A stretch of DNA of 49,643 nucleotides, the filler included, from Catajapyx aquilonaris (lineage: Eukaryota): the NCBI GenBank assembly GCA_000934665.2. It is 3 parts of 3 records of this genome, joined end to end, with 100 filler letters (N's around TTAATTAATTAA, not from the genome) between each part and the next. Parts side by side here need not be neighbours in the genome. Positions count along the whole stretch, not along the records: positions 1 to 16,458 come from JYFJ02007197.1; 2 more parts are not named here. One strand, 5' to 3'. The position numbers and the translations under genes are program-made. The notes beneath the pieces are model-generated. The model was not told where the DNA came from and did no database searches. It saw only the letters and a list, made by a program, of their open reading frames with translations. Shown piece by piece: positions 1 through 11,078 of this stretch. Numbering within the stretch: the first letter of the stretch is position 1; each line of letters opens with the position of its first letter.

Positions 1-44
1 GACATTTGCCTCGGCGGCAGAAGAGGGCATTGGAAGTGATATCT

Positions 45-435
45 CAGCATGAGCGTATGTATACCTCTTTCCAGTGATCAAATGGCTCCTCCTGCACACC
101 TCCAGTCTTCTCCCACTTCAGCTCCTGACTCCAGGGAGACTCCAGGAAGCACCAGTCTTTGTTCCAGGAAAGGTCCTCCAGCGTGGTCTTTCCTTCGTTC
201 ACATGTGACAAATAAATGAAATAATGCGTCAGGTGCAGCCCGGACGCCATCTGGCAGAAAATATCCCTTTTAAAATCACTCCGCATAAATTTAAGAGTTT
301 TATAACTTTGCCTTTAACTTCAGGCAACTTTTTTCTAACATGGTTTAAATATTTTCGGAAGCATTATAATTAGGAAGGGCTTGACTTATTGCAATATTTG
401 GACGCACCCACATAAAGGCGGAAGGTTCGAACTGG
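45..435 (-). promoter_or_regulatory. 5' leader exon/promoter of a fourth Kelch paralog whose CDS lies beyond the left edge
   Basis: Homologous to 9258-9630, 16189-16458 and 4725-5080. Same minus-strand donor GAAAGAG|GTATAC (exon end at 65) and the conserved blocks CGCCATCTGGCA, TAATTAGGAAG and AAGGCGG.AGGTTCGAACT. Confidence 0.7.
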
Positions 436-1649
436 TTCATATAATATAAAAACCACTGCTTTTGAAAAGTACTTTTTTAAAAATAATATTGCCACAATTG
501 AGCATTAGGAAAAGGGGTTAAAATGACAGGAAGCAGTCACTAATGGCACATACATTTTATTTTGAAATAAGAAGAAACATGCCCAACTCTAAACATGCTC
601 AATGAAATGTAATAAAAATGAGACAGATTATGCCTCCACAAGATGCTAATAATACCTCAAAACCAAATTGAACCTAAAAATTGGCAAATGTGGCACAGGT
701 TGGTAATTAAACATTACTGTGGTTAACATTGGACGGAAAGTTGTACGATACAACTATAAGAACTTATGAATGTGTTCAGCCCATGGGCATATTGACAAAA
801 AAATAACATCCAAAATTAATTAATGCTCCAAATAAATTGACACATGATAATAATAGACATAACGCACATTATTCGAATTCAAGCAAAGAAGTTGCAGGTT
901 AAATAAACAGAAGTGCAATGAAAAGGGAAATGACAAAATAATGTGACATAATTAGTAGAATTTAAATATTTCTGTTGTTGAGTACTTGCAGGGTAAGCAA
1001 ACACTCAGGCTACATAGAAAAACATATACCAGTAAACACCAAAAATTCTGATCACAACTTGTTGGAAAATTGCAGCATCCAGTCTTTGAAATAATAAAAC
1101 AACTACTATACTACTACTTCCAAAATCGTTCCTTATTTTACAATCTTGATCCAATTAAATATTATTCTGTCAATTCCCTCCAGAATTCACACAAAATAGC
1201 AGTATTTCATGTTCTCCTGACTGTGATGAACACATGTTTTGACCATGCAAGTAAGCAGCAAACCACGAGCAGGTGCAAAACAATTTCTACTTTCAAAATC
1301 ACACAACTTTTCACAAACTTCATATTTAAAAACATGTTACAGAGAGTTAATACTATTACTGCTGGATCACTCCAATTATGCACATTAAACTCTCTGGTTA
1401 CCATCCTGAGCAATGCATAACTATTGAACTTTCCTCAATATATCCACATAAATATCACAATACAGTTGCACCAACCTTTATTTAATGTTATTCAAGACAT
1501 GAACCATTTTTTACATGCTCTATATCAGTAAGCAACACAGCCTATTTTCACCCTATCACTGTCACATGCCAAAAGGTACATGTCTTTGTTCAACAACCTG
1601 ATGATAATAATGGAGTTTCCATATATCAAGTCTTGCAGGACAGTAACAA

Positions 1650-3539
1650 TCACACCGCAACTAAACCTATCTCGCTTCTCAGACAACTCCTTGCAGCTGG
1701 AGTCATAGAAATTGGAGGCAGATAACAAAGTTTCCTGTGCCACTTGGCTTCCAATGGGTCATACACCCTCACGCTACAAACCATCTTAGTGTTGTCAAAC
1801 ATTTGACATTTTTCTCCACCCATGACATACAAAAGACCACCAGCAGCAACTGCTGCAGTTTTAGTCAGAGGAATGTCCAATTGAGGTACCTCCATCCATT
1901 CATTACGTTCAAATGAATACCTGTCTACTTCATAAGAAGTGCATAAAGGAAATCTCCCATTATTCCCACCCACTACATACATGTGGTCATCCAACACAGC
2001 AACAGACACATGCCTACGGGGTTGCAGCCAGGGAGCCAACTTGTTCCACTCACCAGTGTTTTGATCAAAAGAAACAAATTCTTTCACAAAGACATCCTTC
2101 TGCCGTCCCCATCCACTGATCATGTAAATTAACCCCTTGTGTGAAACTACAGACATGCTTCTTCGAGCATCAGGCATTTGACCAATTACACTCCACTTCT
2201 TGGTTACAGGGTTATACTTCTCAATGCTTTGGAGGATACTTTCTGTACCACACCCTCCAAATGCATACAGGCAGCCATTCAATTCACACAGACCAAATTC
2301 ATACCGTGGAATTTGCAAATTAGCAATGTCATGCCACCAGCCCTCATCATCGCCAGTGGTGCTAACCAGAGTACTTGCTGATGGTTGTCCTTTTATCCTA
2401 CCACCTACAACATAGATGTCACCATGCAAGGCTGCATACCCTGGGGCTTCACGAATAGCAGGCAGTGGAGGCATTGCATTTATTGGACATAGGTGCTCCA
2501 TAAGGCGAGACTTATTTACACTCACAAAGTCATCAGCAATGTATGAATCACCTGGGCTGAAGCTTTCAAAGCCATCACTACTACTCTCATCTTCCTCTGA
2601 GCTATCACCACAAATCTTTTCTTTCAGCCAGCCACCAACTGCATATATGGTCCTCAAAGCCATTTTCCTATGCTGTGCATCTGGCTTTACAGCATCACAA
2701 GTACCCTTGAACACATCATCAAATATGATCTGCAGTGCAGCTTTTAAAGATTCATCTTTACAGGAGTCTACAGCTTTTTGCAACAATCTGTGTGGGATCA
2801 GTGCAAGCCTCACCTCTTTCAGTAATTCTGACAGGTAACAAAGCCTTTGCTTTGATGAACCTTCAATCCAGCGAATCACAGCAGAAAGAACCACAGATTC
2901 TGATTGAATTTTCAGTTCTTCACTACATATAAACTTTGAAAGAAAATCTTTTGGTATCTCCAAAAATTCATCACTTCGGCACACCAAAGAAAAGTTATCA
3001 CAAATGTAATCATGTGCAGCTGATTCTAAGCTTTCACAGTTGTGCTTGCTTGCAAATGCATGAAATCCTAATACATTTGATTCATCCAATTCATCAATCA
3101 AAAAATCTGCGCACACATCTTCCAGATCAACAAGCTGAAGCATGTTGGCGGCAACAAGCAGTTGTTCCACATTGTCTTGTGTCAAAGAGACTTGTCCTGA
3201 GTACACAAAGTCCACTACCATTGACAGAGTTGCAGGAGACACTCCCCTAATCACTACCTGCGACTGCTGGGCTTCTGCAAGTCCACCAGTAAACATAGCC
3301 TTGAAGTAAGGGCTTGCTGCAGACAGTATGATGCGATGGGCTTGGATGGAAATCCCTTCACAAATCAACTCGATGTCATTCAAGAAGGATGACTGACGCA
3401 GGTCTTGCAACTGTTGCAACACTGATGAAGGATGACCGCTTGAGGTGACATCTTGCTTCTTTGATTGTTTCAAGACTGGATTTGGCTTCATGACATTACT
3501 GCAATCATCTCTTGAGGTGGTAGAAGATGTGGTTGCCAT
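1650..3539 (-). CDS. IPP-like: BTB-BACK-Kelch protein, IPP/KLHL27-like paralog 1 (629 aa, single coding exon)
   Basis: BTB motif AHRIILSAASPYFKAMFTGGLAE, BACK (SEELKIQSESVV) and six GG-containing Kelch repeats (IYAVGG, IYVVGG, LYAFGG, IYMISG, MYVVGG, LYVMGG). IPP-type signatures: HRKMALRTIYAVGG, DRYSFERNEW, RSEIGLVAV end. Start placed at the conserved MATTSS, downstream of acceptor TTTGTTTCCAG (AG at 3576-3575). Confidence 0.92.
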   Translation of the reverse strand: MATTSSTTSRDDCSNVMKPNPVLKQSKKQDVTSSGHPSSVLQQLQDLRQSSFLNDIELICEGISIQAHRIILSAASPYFKAMFTGGLAEAQQSQVVIRGVSPATLSMVVDFVYSGQVSLTQDNVEQLLVAANMLQLVDLEDVCADFLIDELDESNVLGFHAFASKHNCESLESAAHDYICDNFSLVCRSDEFLEIPKDFLSKFICSEELKIQSESVVLSAVIRWIEGSSKQRLCYLSELLKEVRLALIPHRLLQKAVDSCKDESLKAALQIIFDDVFKGTCDAVKPDAQHRKMALRTIYAVGGWLKEKICGDSSEEDESSSDGFESFSPGDSYIADDFVSVNKSRLMEHLCPINAMPPLPAIREAPGYAALHGDIYVVGGRIKGQPSASTLVSTTGDDEGWWHDIANLQIPRYEFGLCELNGCLYAFGGCGTESILQSIEKYNPVTKKWSVIGQMPDARRSMSVVSHKGLIYMISGWGRQKDVFVKEFVSFDQNTGEWNKLAPWLQPRRHVSVAVLDDHMYVVGGNNGRFPLCTSYEVDRYSFERNEWMEVPQLDIPLTKTAAVAAGGLLYVMGGEKCQMFDNTKMVCSVRVYDPLEAKWHRKLCYLPPISMTPAARSCLRSEIGLVAV

Positions 3540-4594
3540 TGTTGTCTTGAAATTTGTATGCACTGGTGTTTTCACTGGAAACAAAATAATATACACATGA
3601 AAAATTGTTTGCAGTGCAATAATTTCACCTATTTGCAACACACTGCAAAAGGGTCATTCAAATGGCAACATGCCAAAGGACATAATATTAGAAATACCAC
3701 TATTATTATAAACTAGAGTGGATGTACGTATAACCTATGTATATTCATCACGGTCATTTAACCCACTGCCTGAGTTCAGTGAGCACTGAAATTTTTACCA
3801 CCCATGTCTTACCTTTCTGTGACTCCGGAAAAAGTCCAAAAACGATTTTTTTTAAACATGTCATTTTCAAACCAGGGTTTGTATGAAACGGCGAAAAATG
3901 GGTACTTACTGTACTAAATTAGTAGGTCATTATCACAACCAGTCTATCTTCGAAAATATCGGGAAATAAGTTAGCAACGGAATTGGATAGTCCAGGCTAA
4001 ATACCAGCGTTTCGCACAAGTGCGATTTTATTTGTCTGCCTATTTATAACAACAACAACAACATCACGACCTTTCCCTATGAGGGGTAGTCAGCGATGAA
4101 GGCATTTACAAGATCATTTACAATAAATGCGAAATTAGTATGTACGTAACAAAATCACCCCGAGTGTCTGAACCTGCCTTTCTTCTGAAAACCAGCTGAT
4201 TGAAACATAAATTAGATAGTTATATGGAAATAAACCAATGTAATGAAGACGACTTTGGATGACAAATTATGGCTTTTCATTGCTCTCGTAACACTATACT
4301 TTCATTACGCGTCACTTATGCTATTAAAATTAGCGCTTTGTAGAGCTTTCATATAGTATTGACCTGCATTATAATTATCCCTCCACTTTGAGTACGTTGA
4401 CTGACACCAAGTTCAACATTATGTACCCGACACTACACACGGGTTTGCTGCCATAAATTAATAAATAACATATTTTCAAAATCTGCGTATGTAAGAGAAA
4501 GTTCCTTTGTTTGTTTTTTTTGTTTGCCAATGGCAACGGGATTTTGTTGGCGATTACCATGGAAACAGGCCGTGCGAAGAACGGGCTCCGCTGC

Positions 4595-4712
4595 TACCCA
4601 AGTAGCACGAATCGCCCTGGAATATCCCATGGATATCCAGATATCTACTGAATCGCCACTGGATATTTGGATATCCATGGGATATTCCAGGGTGATTCGT
4701 ACTACTTGGGTA
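4595..4712. mobile_element. Foldback MITE (~118 bp) inside the 5'-UTR intron of Kelch paralog 1
   Basis: TACCCAAGTAGCACGAATCGCCCTGGAATATCCCATGGATATCCA is matched by its near-perfect reverse complement ending ...GTACTACTTGGGTA. Confidence 0.8.
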
Positions 4713-4739
4713 GTACTGTATAGCCTATGCGTAGTATAC

Positions 4740-5080
4740 CTAAAATATAACTCCTCCTGCACTTCTCCAGCTTTCTCCCTCCCACTGCAAGCTACAGACT
4801 CCAGGGAGACTCCAGGAGGCCACAGTGACCCAGGGTTGTTCCAGGCAAGAGCGTCTCTTCGTCCTTTTTCTTCCCACGCACTTTCTCACGTGATGAATTT
4901 AGCATTGGCAGTCCACGCCACCTGGCATTAAATATCCATAACCACACTACCTTAATTTAATATAGTTTAACCTCGAATGACTTTTTTTCTAACGATGCTT
5001 TTAACGATGGACACGGCTACATAATAATTAGGAAGAATTGCAATATTTTGTTCAAAGTCAGAAGGCGGCAGGTTCGAACT
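4740..5080 (-). promoter_or_regulatory. Non-coding first exon and promoter of Kelch paralog 1
   Basis: Homologous to the leader blocks of the other copies. Donor AG|GTATAC at 4740/4739; inferred intron 3575-4739. Confidence 0.6.
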
Positions 5081-5768
5081 GAAAATTAAAACAATTAAAG
5101 ACAGATTATATTTTAGCGCTCCCTGTGGAGATTTTAAATATGAACAATTGCAAAAAAAAAGTGCGAATTTAACGTGTTTGCAGAATAGATAACTTTACCA
5201 ATAAATGATTTCAATATTATTTTTGTCACGTTCACATCTGAAACCTGCTTGTTTTCAATCAGTCTTGGAATGGAGAAACCTGTCCACAATATGCAGTAAA
5301 ACCTGCTGATGATGGTCCTCTACTCCTCGGGTACAAAGTAATTAATTGCAATGAAAGTTGAACTGTCATATTCCCAGCAAGGCTCCATGCTGAAATATGC
5401 GATGTATTGCCACAATGAGCATTAGGAAAGGGATCATGATGACAGAAACCAGCAGGAAGTTCAGTAACTGATGGCACATACATTTTGGAGTTAGCCATTT
5501 TATTTTGAAATAAGAAAAAAACATCCCCAACTTATGAATATGTGTACAGCATTCAGAGGGGGGGGATCGGAAAAATCCAAAAGTAATTAATGCTCAAAAT
5601 AAAATGACATGATAATTAAAATGCAGAACATATACGTATAATGGTTATACAGGTTGATAATCCTTTTTTTTGTTTTGTTTTTTGAGTCCTGGCATGACTC
5701 GTCACAAATGGTAAAATCCATGTGACTGTTACCAATGACTATATTATCATTACCTGTATCTGCATGTA

Positions 5769-6237
5769 CAGAGTGATCTAAAATGAAAGCATGGACTTTA
5801 AAACCATATAACTCTAAAACTTTAGTGACATATCTTAATGATTTAAGTTTTGAAATGCTAAGAAATGTTTAAACGTTAAAGTTTTGGTCTTGCCTTAGGT
5901 AGATGAAATTACGCCTCTTTTTTTTTTTTACCTGAGCCATCAAGAACAATGTGACAATGTGTGTGGTGTAAAGACTCCTCATCTACAGCACCTAAGGGTT
6001 AGGATCCCAATGGTAACTCCAGGTATTATTGAGCAGGTTTGGCACGACCCCGGCAGGGCACCGAATGGTTATTTTAAATCTGCCAAGGGACCAATGAAGC
6101 TCGCATCACAACAAACCAAAGTGAGACCAAAACTGCAGACGTTTCTTAGCATTTCAAAACTGAAATCATTTAGTAACGTCTACAAGTTGTCGAGCTATAG
6201 GGTATTAAAATCTGTGGGTTCCTTTTCATTCACCCTG
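5769..6237. mobile_element. Tc1/mariner-type MITE with long imperfect TIRs
   Basis: TA|CAGAGTGA...TCACCCTG|TA ends. Internal inverted match AATGATTTAAGTTTTGAAATGCTAAGAAA vs TTTCTTAGCATTTCAAAACTGAAATCATT. Confidence 0.7.
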
Positions 6238-9200
6238 TATAAGAAATAAAAATAAATATTTATGAAAACTTCCTTCTGGTTTTATTTTGTAATATCAATC
6301 AAGAAATGTATATGAATATCATGTTGAGGGATTTATCCAATCACAAAGATGTCCTATTTTACAGATGGAAAGATGTACACAAATACATTCTAAAATCCAA
6401 ATAAATCCGAAATCCATAACAAAGCTGGTCCGAAGAAATTCAGATAGACTTATAATAAAGGATTCTCCACCTGCATTTCAAATCCAACCAAAGAAAGAGG
6501 TTACAGATTATATAAAACATTGGACTGAAAAACTTAATGGGGCATGAGTGTGAGAATAATTTAAACATAATTAAACATTGTTTCAACTAATTTTAATCCC
6601 TCACAGGGCCTTAAGGGTAAACAAACAAATTCATTAATTAATTAACACCACAAATTTTGATCCCGACTGGTAGAAAAAGTACAGCATCCCACTGAAATAA
6701 TTTAAAAATCATCATTTCCGCAATCTTTCCTGATTTCACAACAAGATCCCAATAAGTTTTGTTCAGTCGGATCTCAATAAGAGGCTACACAAACAAAAAG
6801 TTACATTTCTTGCTGTCCTGACTGTGATGGGGGTGTATAAAAGACAACAATTTCTGCTTTCTAAGACAACTTTTCACAAACTTGTTATTAAAAAATATTT
6901 TAAACAAACTTCACATTACTGGATAGCTCCAATTCTGTACATTAAACTCTCCGGTAACCATCCAGAGCAGTGTATAAGGATTGAAGTTTCCTCAACATAT
7001 CTCTGTTCAACAACCTGATGATGGTAATGAAGTTTCCATATCAAGTCTTGCAGGATGGTTAAAATTATAACATAACAATACCCATCTGGCTTCTTGCACG
7101 ACTCAGACAAGGTATATTATAGGGTTGCTTGTACCATTTGTCTTCCCTTGGGTCATACCTCCTCACACTACTAATGATTTTAGGGTGTCCATACCTATCA
7201 AGTGATTCTCCCCCTACGACATATAAACTACCATCAGCAGAAAATGCTGCAGTTTTAGTCAAAGGAATGTTCAAGCGTGTTACCTCCATCGTCCACTCAT
7301 TACGTTCAAAGGAATACCTGTCTACAACACTCTCTGCCAATGCATTTTTTCTCGTATTATGCCCACCCACGACATACAAGTGATCATCCACGACAGCAAC
7401 AGCCACATCCCTACGAGGTCGCATCCAGCGAGCCAACATCTCTTGTGCACGAGTTGTTGGATTGTAGGACATAAAATGACTCGCACGGGGAATATTCGGC
7501 GGTCCCCATCCGCTGATCATGTAAATTAACCCCTTGTGAGAAAATACAGACATGCTTCTTCGACCGCCATACATATGGCCAATTACACTCCACTTCTTGG
7601 TTACAGGGTCATACTTCTCAATACTTTCAAGGATGTTTTCCCTATCACACCCTCCAAATGCATACAAGCAGCCATTCACTTCACACATACCAAAGTCATA
7701 CCGTGGAACTTGCAAATGTGCAACGTCATGCCACCAGCCCTCTTTATCACCAGTCTTGCTAACCAGAGTACTTCCTGATGGTTGTCCTCCTACCCAACCA
7801 CCCACAACATAGATCTCACCATGCAAGGCAGCATACCCTGGGGCTACACGAACAGCAGGCAGTGGAGGCATTGTGATCCATTCTAGGTTTAATGGACATA
7901 GGAGCTCCACAAGGCACGATCTAACCCTTACACACTCATCGGCACTGTATGAATCTTCACTGAAGCTTTCATGTAGGAGTTCTTCTCCATCACTATCAAC
8001 TTCCGGCTCACGTTGAATTCTCTCTTTCTGCCAGCCACCAACTGCATATATGTTTCTCATAGCCATTTTCCGATGCTGAGCATTTGGCTTTACAATGTCA
8101 CAAGTACCCTTGTACACCTCATCAAAAATGACTTGCAGTGCAGATTTTACAGATTCATGTTTACATGAGTCAACAGCTTTTTGCAACAATACATATGGGA
8201 TCAGTGAAAGCCTCACTTTTTGGAGTAGTTCTGACAGGTAACAAAGCCGTTGCTTCAACGACCCTCCAATCCAGCGAATCACAGCAGAAAGAACCACAGA
8301 TTCTGACTGAATTTTCAGATCTTCACTACATATCAACTTTGAAAGAAAATCTTTGGGTATCGCCAAAAATTCATCAGTTCGACACATCAAAGCAAAGTGG
8401 CGACAAATGTAATCATATGCAACTGATTCCAAGGGTTCACAGTTGTGCTTACTTGCAAATGCTTGAAATTCAAATGCATTTGATTCATCCAATTCCTTAG
8501 AAAAAAAATCTGTGCACACTTGTTCCAGATGAACAAGCTGAAACATGTTGGCTGCAACAATCAGCTGTTCCACATTGTCTTGTGCCAAAGAAACATGTCC
8601 TGAGTACACAAAGTTCACTACCATCGACAGAGTTGCAGGAGACACTCCCTTAATCACTACCTGCGACTGCTGTGCTTCTGCCAGTCCGCCAGTCAACATG
8701 GCTTTAAAGTAAGGGCTTGCTGCAGACAGTAAGATTCGATGGGCTTGGATGGATGTCCCTTCACAAATCAACTCGACGTCACTCATGAAGGATGACTGGC
8801 GCATGTCATCAAATTGTTGTAACACTGACGAAGGATAAGCACTTGATGCACAGTCTTGCTTCTTCAATTGTTTCAAGACTGGATTTGACTTCATTTCTTC
8901 ACTCGTCCAATCATCATCTGAGATGGGAGAAGATGTGGTTGCCATTGCGTCTTGAAATTTGTACATAGAGTCTGGTGCTTTCACTGTAAACAAAATAATA
9001 TTCATGTGAAAAAATTATTTGCAGTGAAATTTTTTCACTTATTTGCAACACATTAGGGTCATTCAAACAACAAAAAGCCAAAAGACATTAGAAAGATATT
9101 GCAGTGTACCTTATTGAAATAATGGATGTGGCTTATAAAGCACTTCTCTCAATGTAACAATAGACATTAAAGTCCTGGTGCACAGGAATAAGTGGTGAAT

Positions 9201-9530
9201 GGCTCTTCCGGCTGAGGTTTGGTTTGGGGAGAAAGAACCAGTCCGGGGGGGAATACTCTCAGCATGAGGGTATGTATACCTCTTTCCAGTGATCAATGTC
9301 CTCCTCCTGCACTCCTTCCACGTCAGTCCAAGACTCCAGGAGGCCACCAGTGACACGGCTTTGCTCCAGGAATGTCCTCCAGCGTCGTCTCCACACGTGT
9401 GTGTGCCACACGTGGTGAGAATCAAGGAAATGCTTTTTGCAGCCCACGCCATCTGCCATGCCACCTTTACATATCAATTTTAAATTCACTCCACATCAGT
9501 TTAATAGTTTAACCTCACGTGACTTTTTCT
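6234..9530. repeat. Segmental duplication unit (Kelch paralog 2 with flanks), highly similar to 13155-16458
   Basis: Non-coding flanks align by eye from CTGTATAAGAAAT..ATAAATATTTATGAAAA through ..AACCTCACGTGACTTTTTCTA. Confidence 0.9.
7065..8945 (-). CDS. IPP-like: BTB-BACK-Kelch protein, IPP/KLHL27-like paralog 2 (626 aa; alternative start 8966)
   Basis: Uninterrupted ORF with the same domain motifs as paralog 1. Acceptor TTTGTTTACAG at 8985-8984; leader-exon donor at 9280/9279. Confidence 0.92.
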   Translation of the reverse strand: MATTSSPISDDDWTSEEMKSNPVLKQLKKQDCASSAYPSSVLQQFDDMRQSSFMSDVELICEGTSIQAHRILLSAASPYFKAMLTGGLAEAQQSQVVIKGVSPATLSMVVNFVYSGHVSLAQDNVEQLIVAANMFQLVHLEQVCTDFFSKELDESNAFEFQAFASKHNCEPLESVAYDYICRHFALMCRTDEFLAIPKDFLSKLICSEDLKIQSESVVLSAVIRWIGGSLKQRLCYLSELLQKVRLSLIPYVLLQKAVDSCKHESVKSALQVIFDEVYKGTCDIVKPNAQHRKMAMRNIYAVGGWQKERIQREPEVDSDGEELLHESFSEDSYSADECVRVRSCLVELLCPLNLEWITMPPLPAVRVAPGYAALHGEIYVVGGWVGGQPSGSTLVSKTGDKEGWWHDVAHLQVPRYDFGMCEVNGCLYAFGGCDRENILESIEKYDPVTKKWSVIGHMYGGRRSMSVFSHKGLIYMISGWGPPNIPRASHFMSYNPTTRAQEMLARWMRPRRDVAVAVVDDHLYVVGGHNTRKNALAESVVDRYSFERNEWTMEVTRLNIPLTKTAAFSADGSLYVVGGESLDRYGHPKIISSVRRYDPREDKWYKQPYNIPCLSRARSQMGIVML

Positions 9531-10539
9531 AATTCGGCTTAAATTATATTCTGCAGCGCAATTAATTAGGAAGACGTGACATGGATTATTTGGACGCAAC
9601 CACTCAAAGGCGGCAAGTTCGAACTTGTAAGGAGATACCGTAATTAGCTGAATAAGAAAATAAATTTTGCCTGTTCTTACAGAACATTTGATCATCAGAA
9701 GTTACTAAATACAATGAAAATTGATTAGTAATGCATCCAGGTTCCATGCTGAAATGTAAATGTTATTGCCACAATAAGCATTAGGAAAAGGGTTGACAGG
9801 AAGCAGTAACTGATGGCACATAGATACATTTTGGAATTAACCATTGTATTTATTAATACGGAAAAAAATATGCCTGTAGCAGTACACGGGATGAATTAGA
9901 CATAATCAAGATTATATAATTAAGATTATGCTCCCATATGATGCAAACACCTCAAAACACCACATTGATAACACTATTCAGTATTCAGCAAGATACGGCA
10001 AACCTAGTGAGTTCTTCCTGGCATGTATGCTATCAAGATCTCCAGCTATACACTTCAGGGGCCAGGACTATCTGCTTCATGACCAACCATTGTACTTGAC
10101 GCAGTTATGTTCATTACGTTCTGGAGCTCCCTACATCTATTACTGTAAGGTGGCAATTGCAAAATTTAAAGAAGGAATCAGGAATTTGAGGAATTTCTTC
10201 GGCATGGAAAGGCATTGTCCACAAAAGGCCCTCACGACGTAATTCAACTAGAATGTCCAATCTATGGGAGCGTTGCTCAGGTGATAATAAGCTGATTGTC
10301 TTCCGAGTTGCGTCCACCCCAAGAAGGACGTAAGGACATTGAATTAATTAAGACCACCGATACTATTGTACTGTACGTAAGGAGGCGTTAATGCAAGCAA
10401 AGCACATTATCCTTTCTGAACTTGACATTTGCCTGAAAATCGAAATTCATGGAAAGGCCGGGAAAGGCTATAGAAAATGCAAATTATCCGAATATGGTAC
10501 CCTTACAGTAAGTACCATATATTGTTTTCAATTGCAGTG

Positions 10540-10875
10540 TCCGGGAATTCTATTTAAACAGTATGTTGGAGCATTCATTCTACGCATCGTTTGAATGTGC
10601 ACAAGAAGAGAGCCCATAGCATTGGGAAACTGTACCGGTGCATATATTGTGGTATGGTTTGGATTAAGAAATCCTTACTTGCTACTCATGAGCGCAGTCA
10701 CACGGGTGCGAGAGACAGTTCAAGTGTAGCCAATGTTCAAAAAGCTTGAGTTCAAATAGATCGCTGCAACGTCACAAGCTATTATCACATTCTGATGAGA
10801 CTCCTTTCATTTGTGATGAGTGTGGAAAGAGATTCAAACTGAGGCAAAGGTCTGAAGGCACAACCATAAAGTGAC
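10540..10875 (+). pseudogene. Frameshifted C2H2 zinc-finger array fragment
   Basis: Manual translation: HRLNVHKKRAH-SIGKL-YRCIYCGMVWIKKSLLATHERSHTG /frameshift/ FKCSQCSKSLSSNRSLQRHKLLSH-SDETP-FICDECGKRFKLRQ /frameshift/. Confidence 0.85.
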
Positions 10876-11078
10876 AACACAACCAACCATTCAAGTAAGA
10901 GTTTTTTCACCATAACCTGGCATTTTCGCCAAGATGAATTAGATGCATCCAGCTGGCAAATTTACATGAGCAATTGGACAACTGATCTGGGACATGTCTG
11001 CCTCATGATACCTTCTCATATGATCCTGCAAATTATATTTACAACCTGCAACTTATGGCAGTGTTTGCAAGCACTCTG

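Noticed and set aside
9280..9489. Conserved uORF/peptide (..VQEEDIDHWKE) in the Kelch leader exon
   Set aside because: The frame is not preserved in paralog 3 (extra base) or paralog 1; the similarity is just nucleotide homology.
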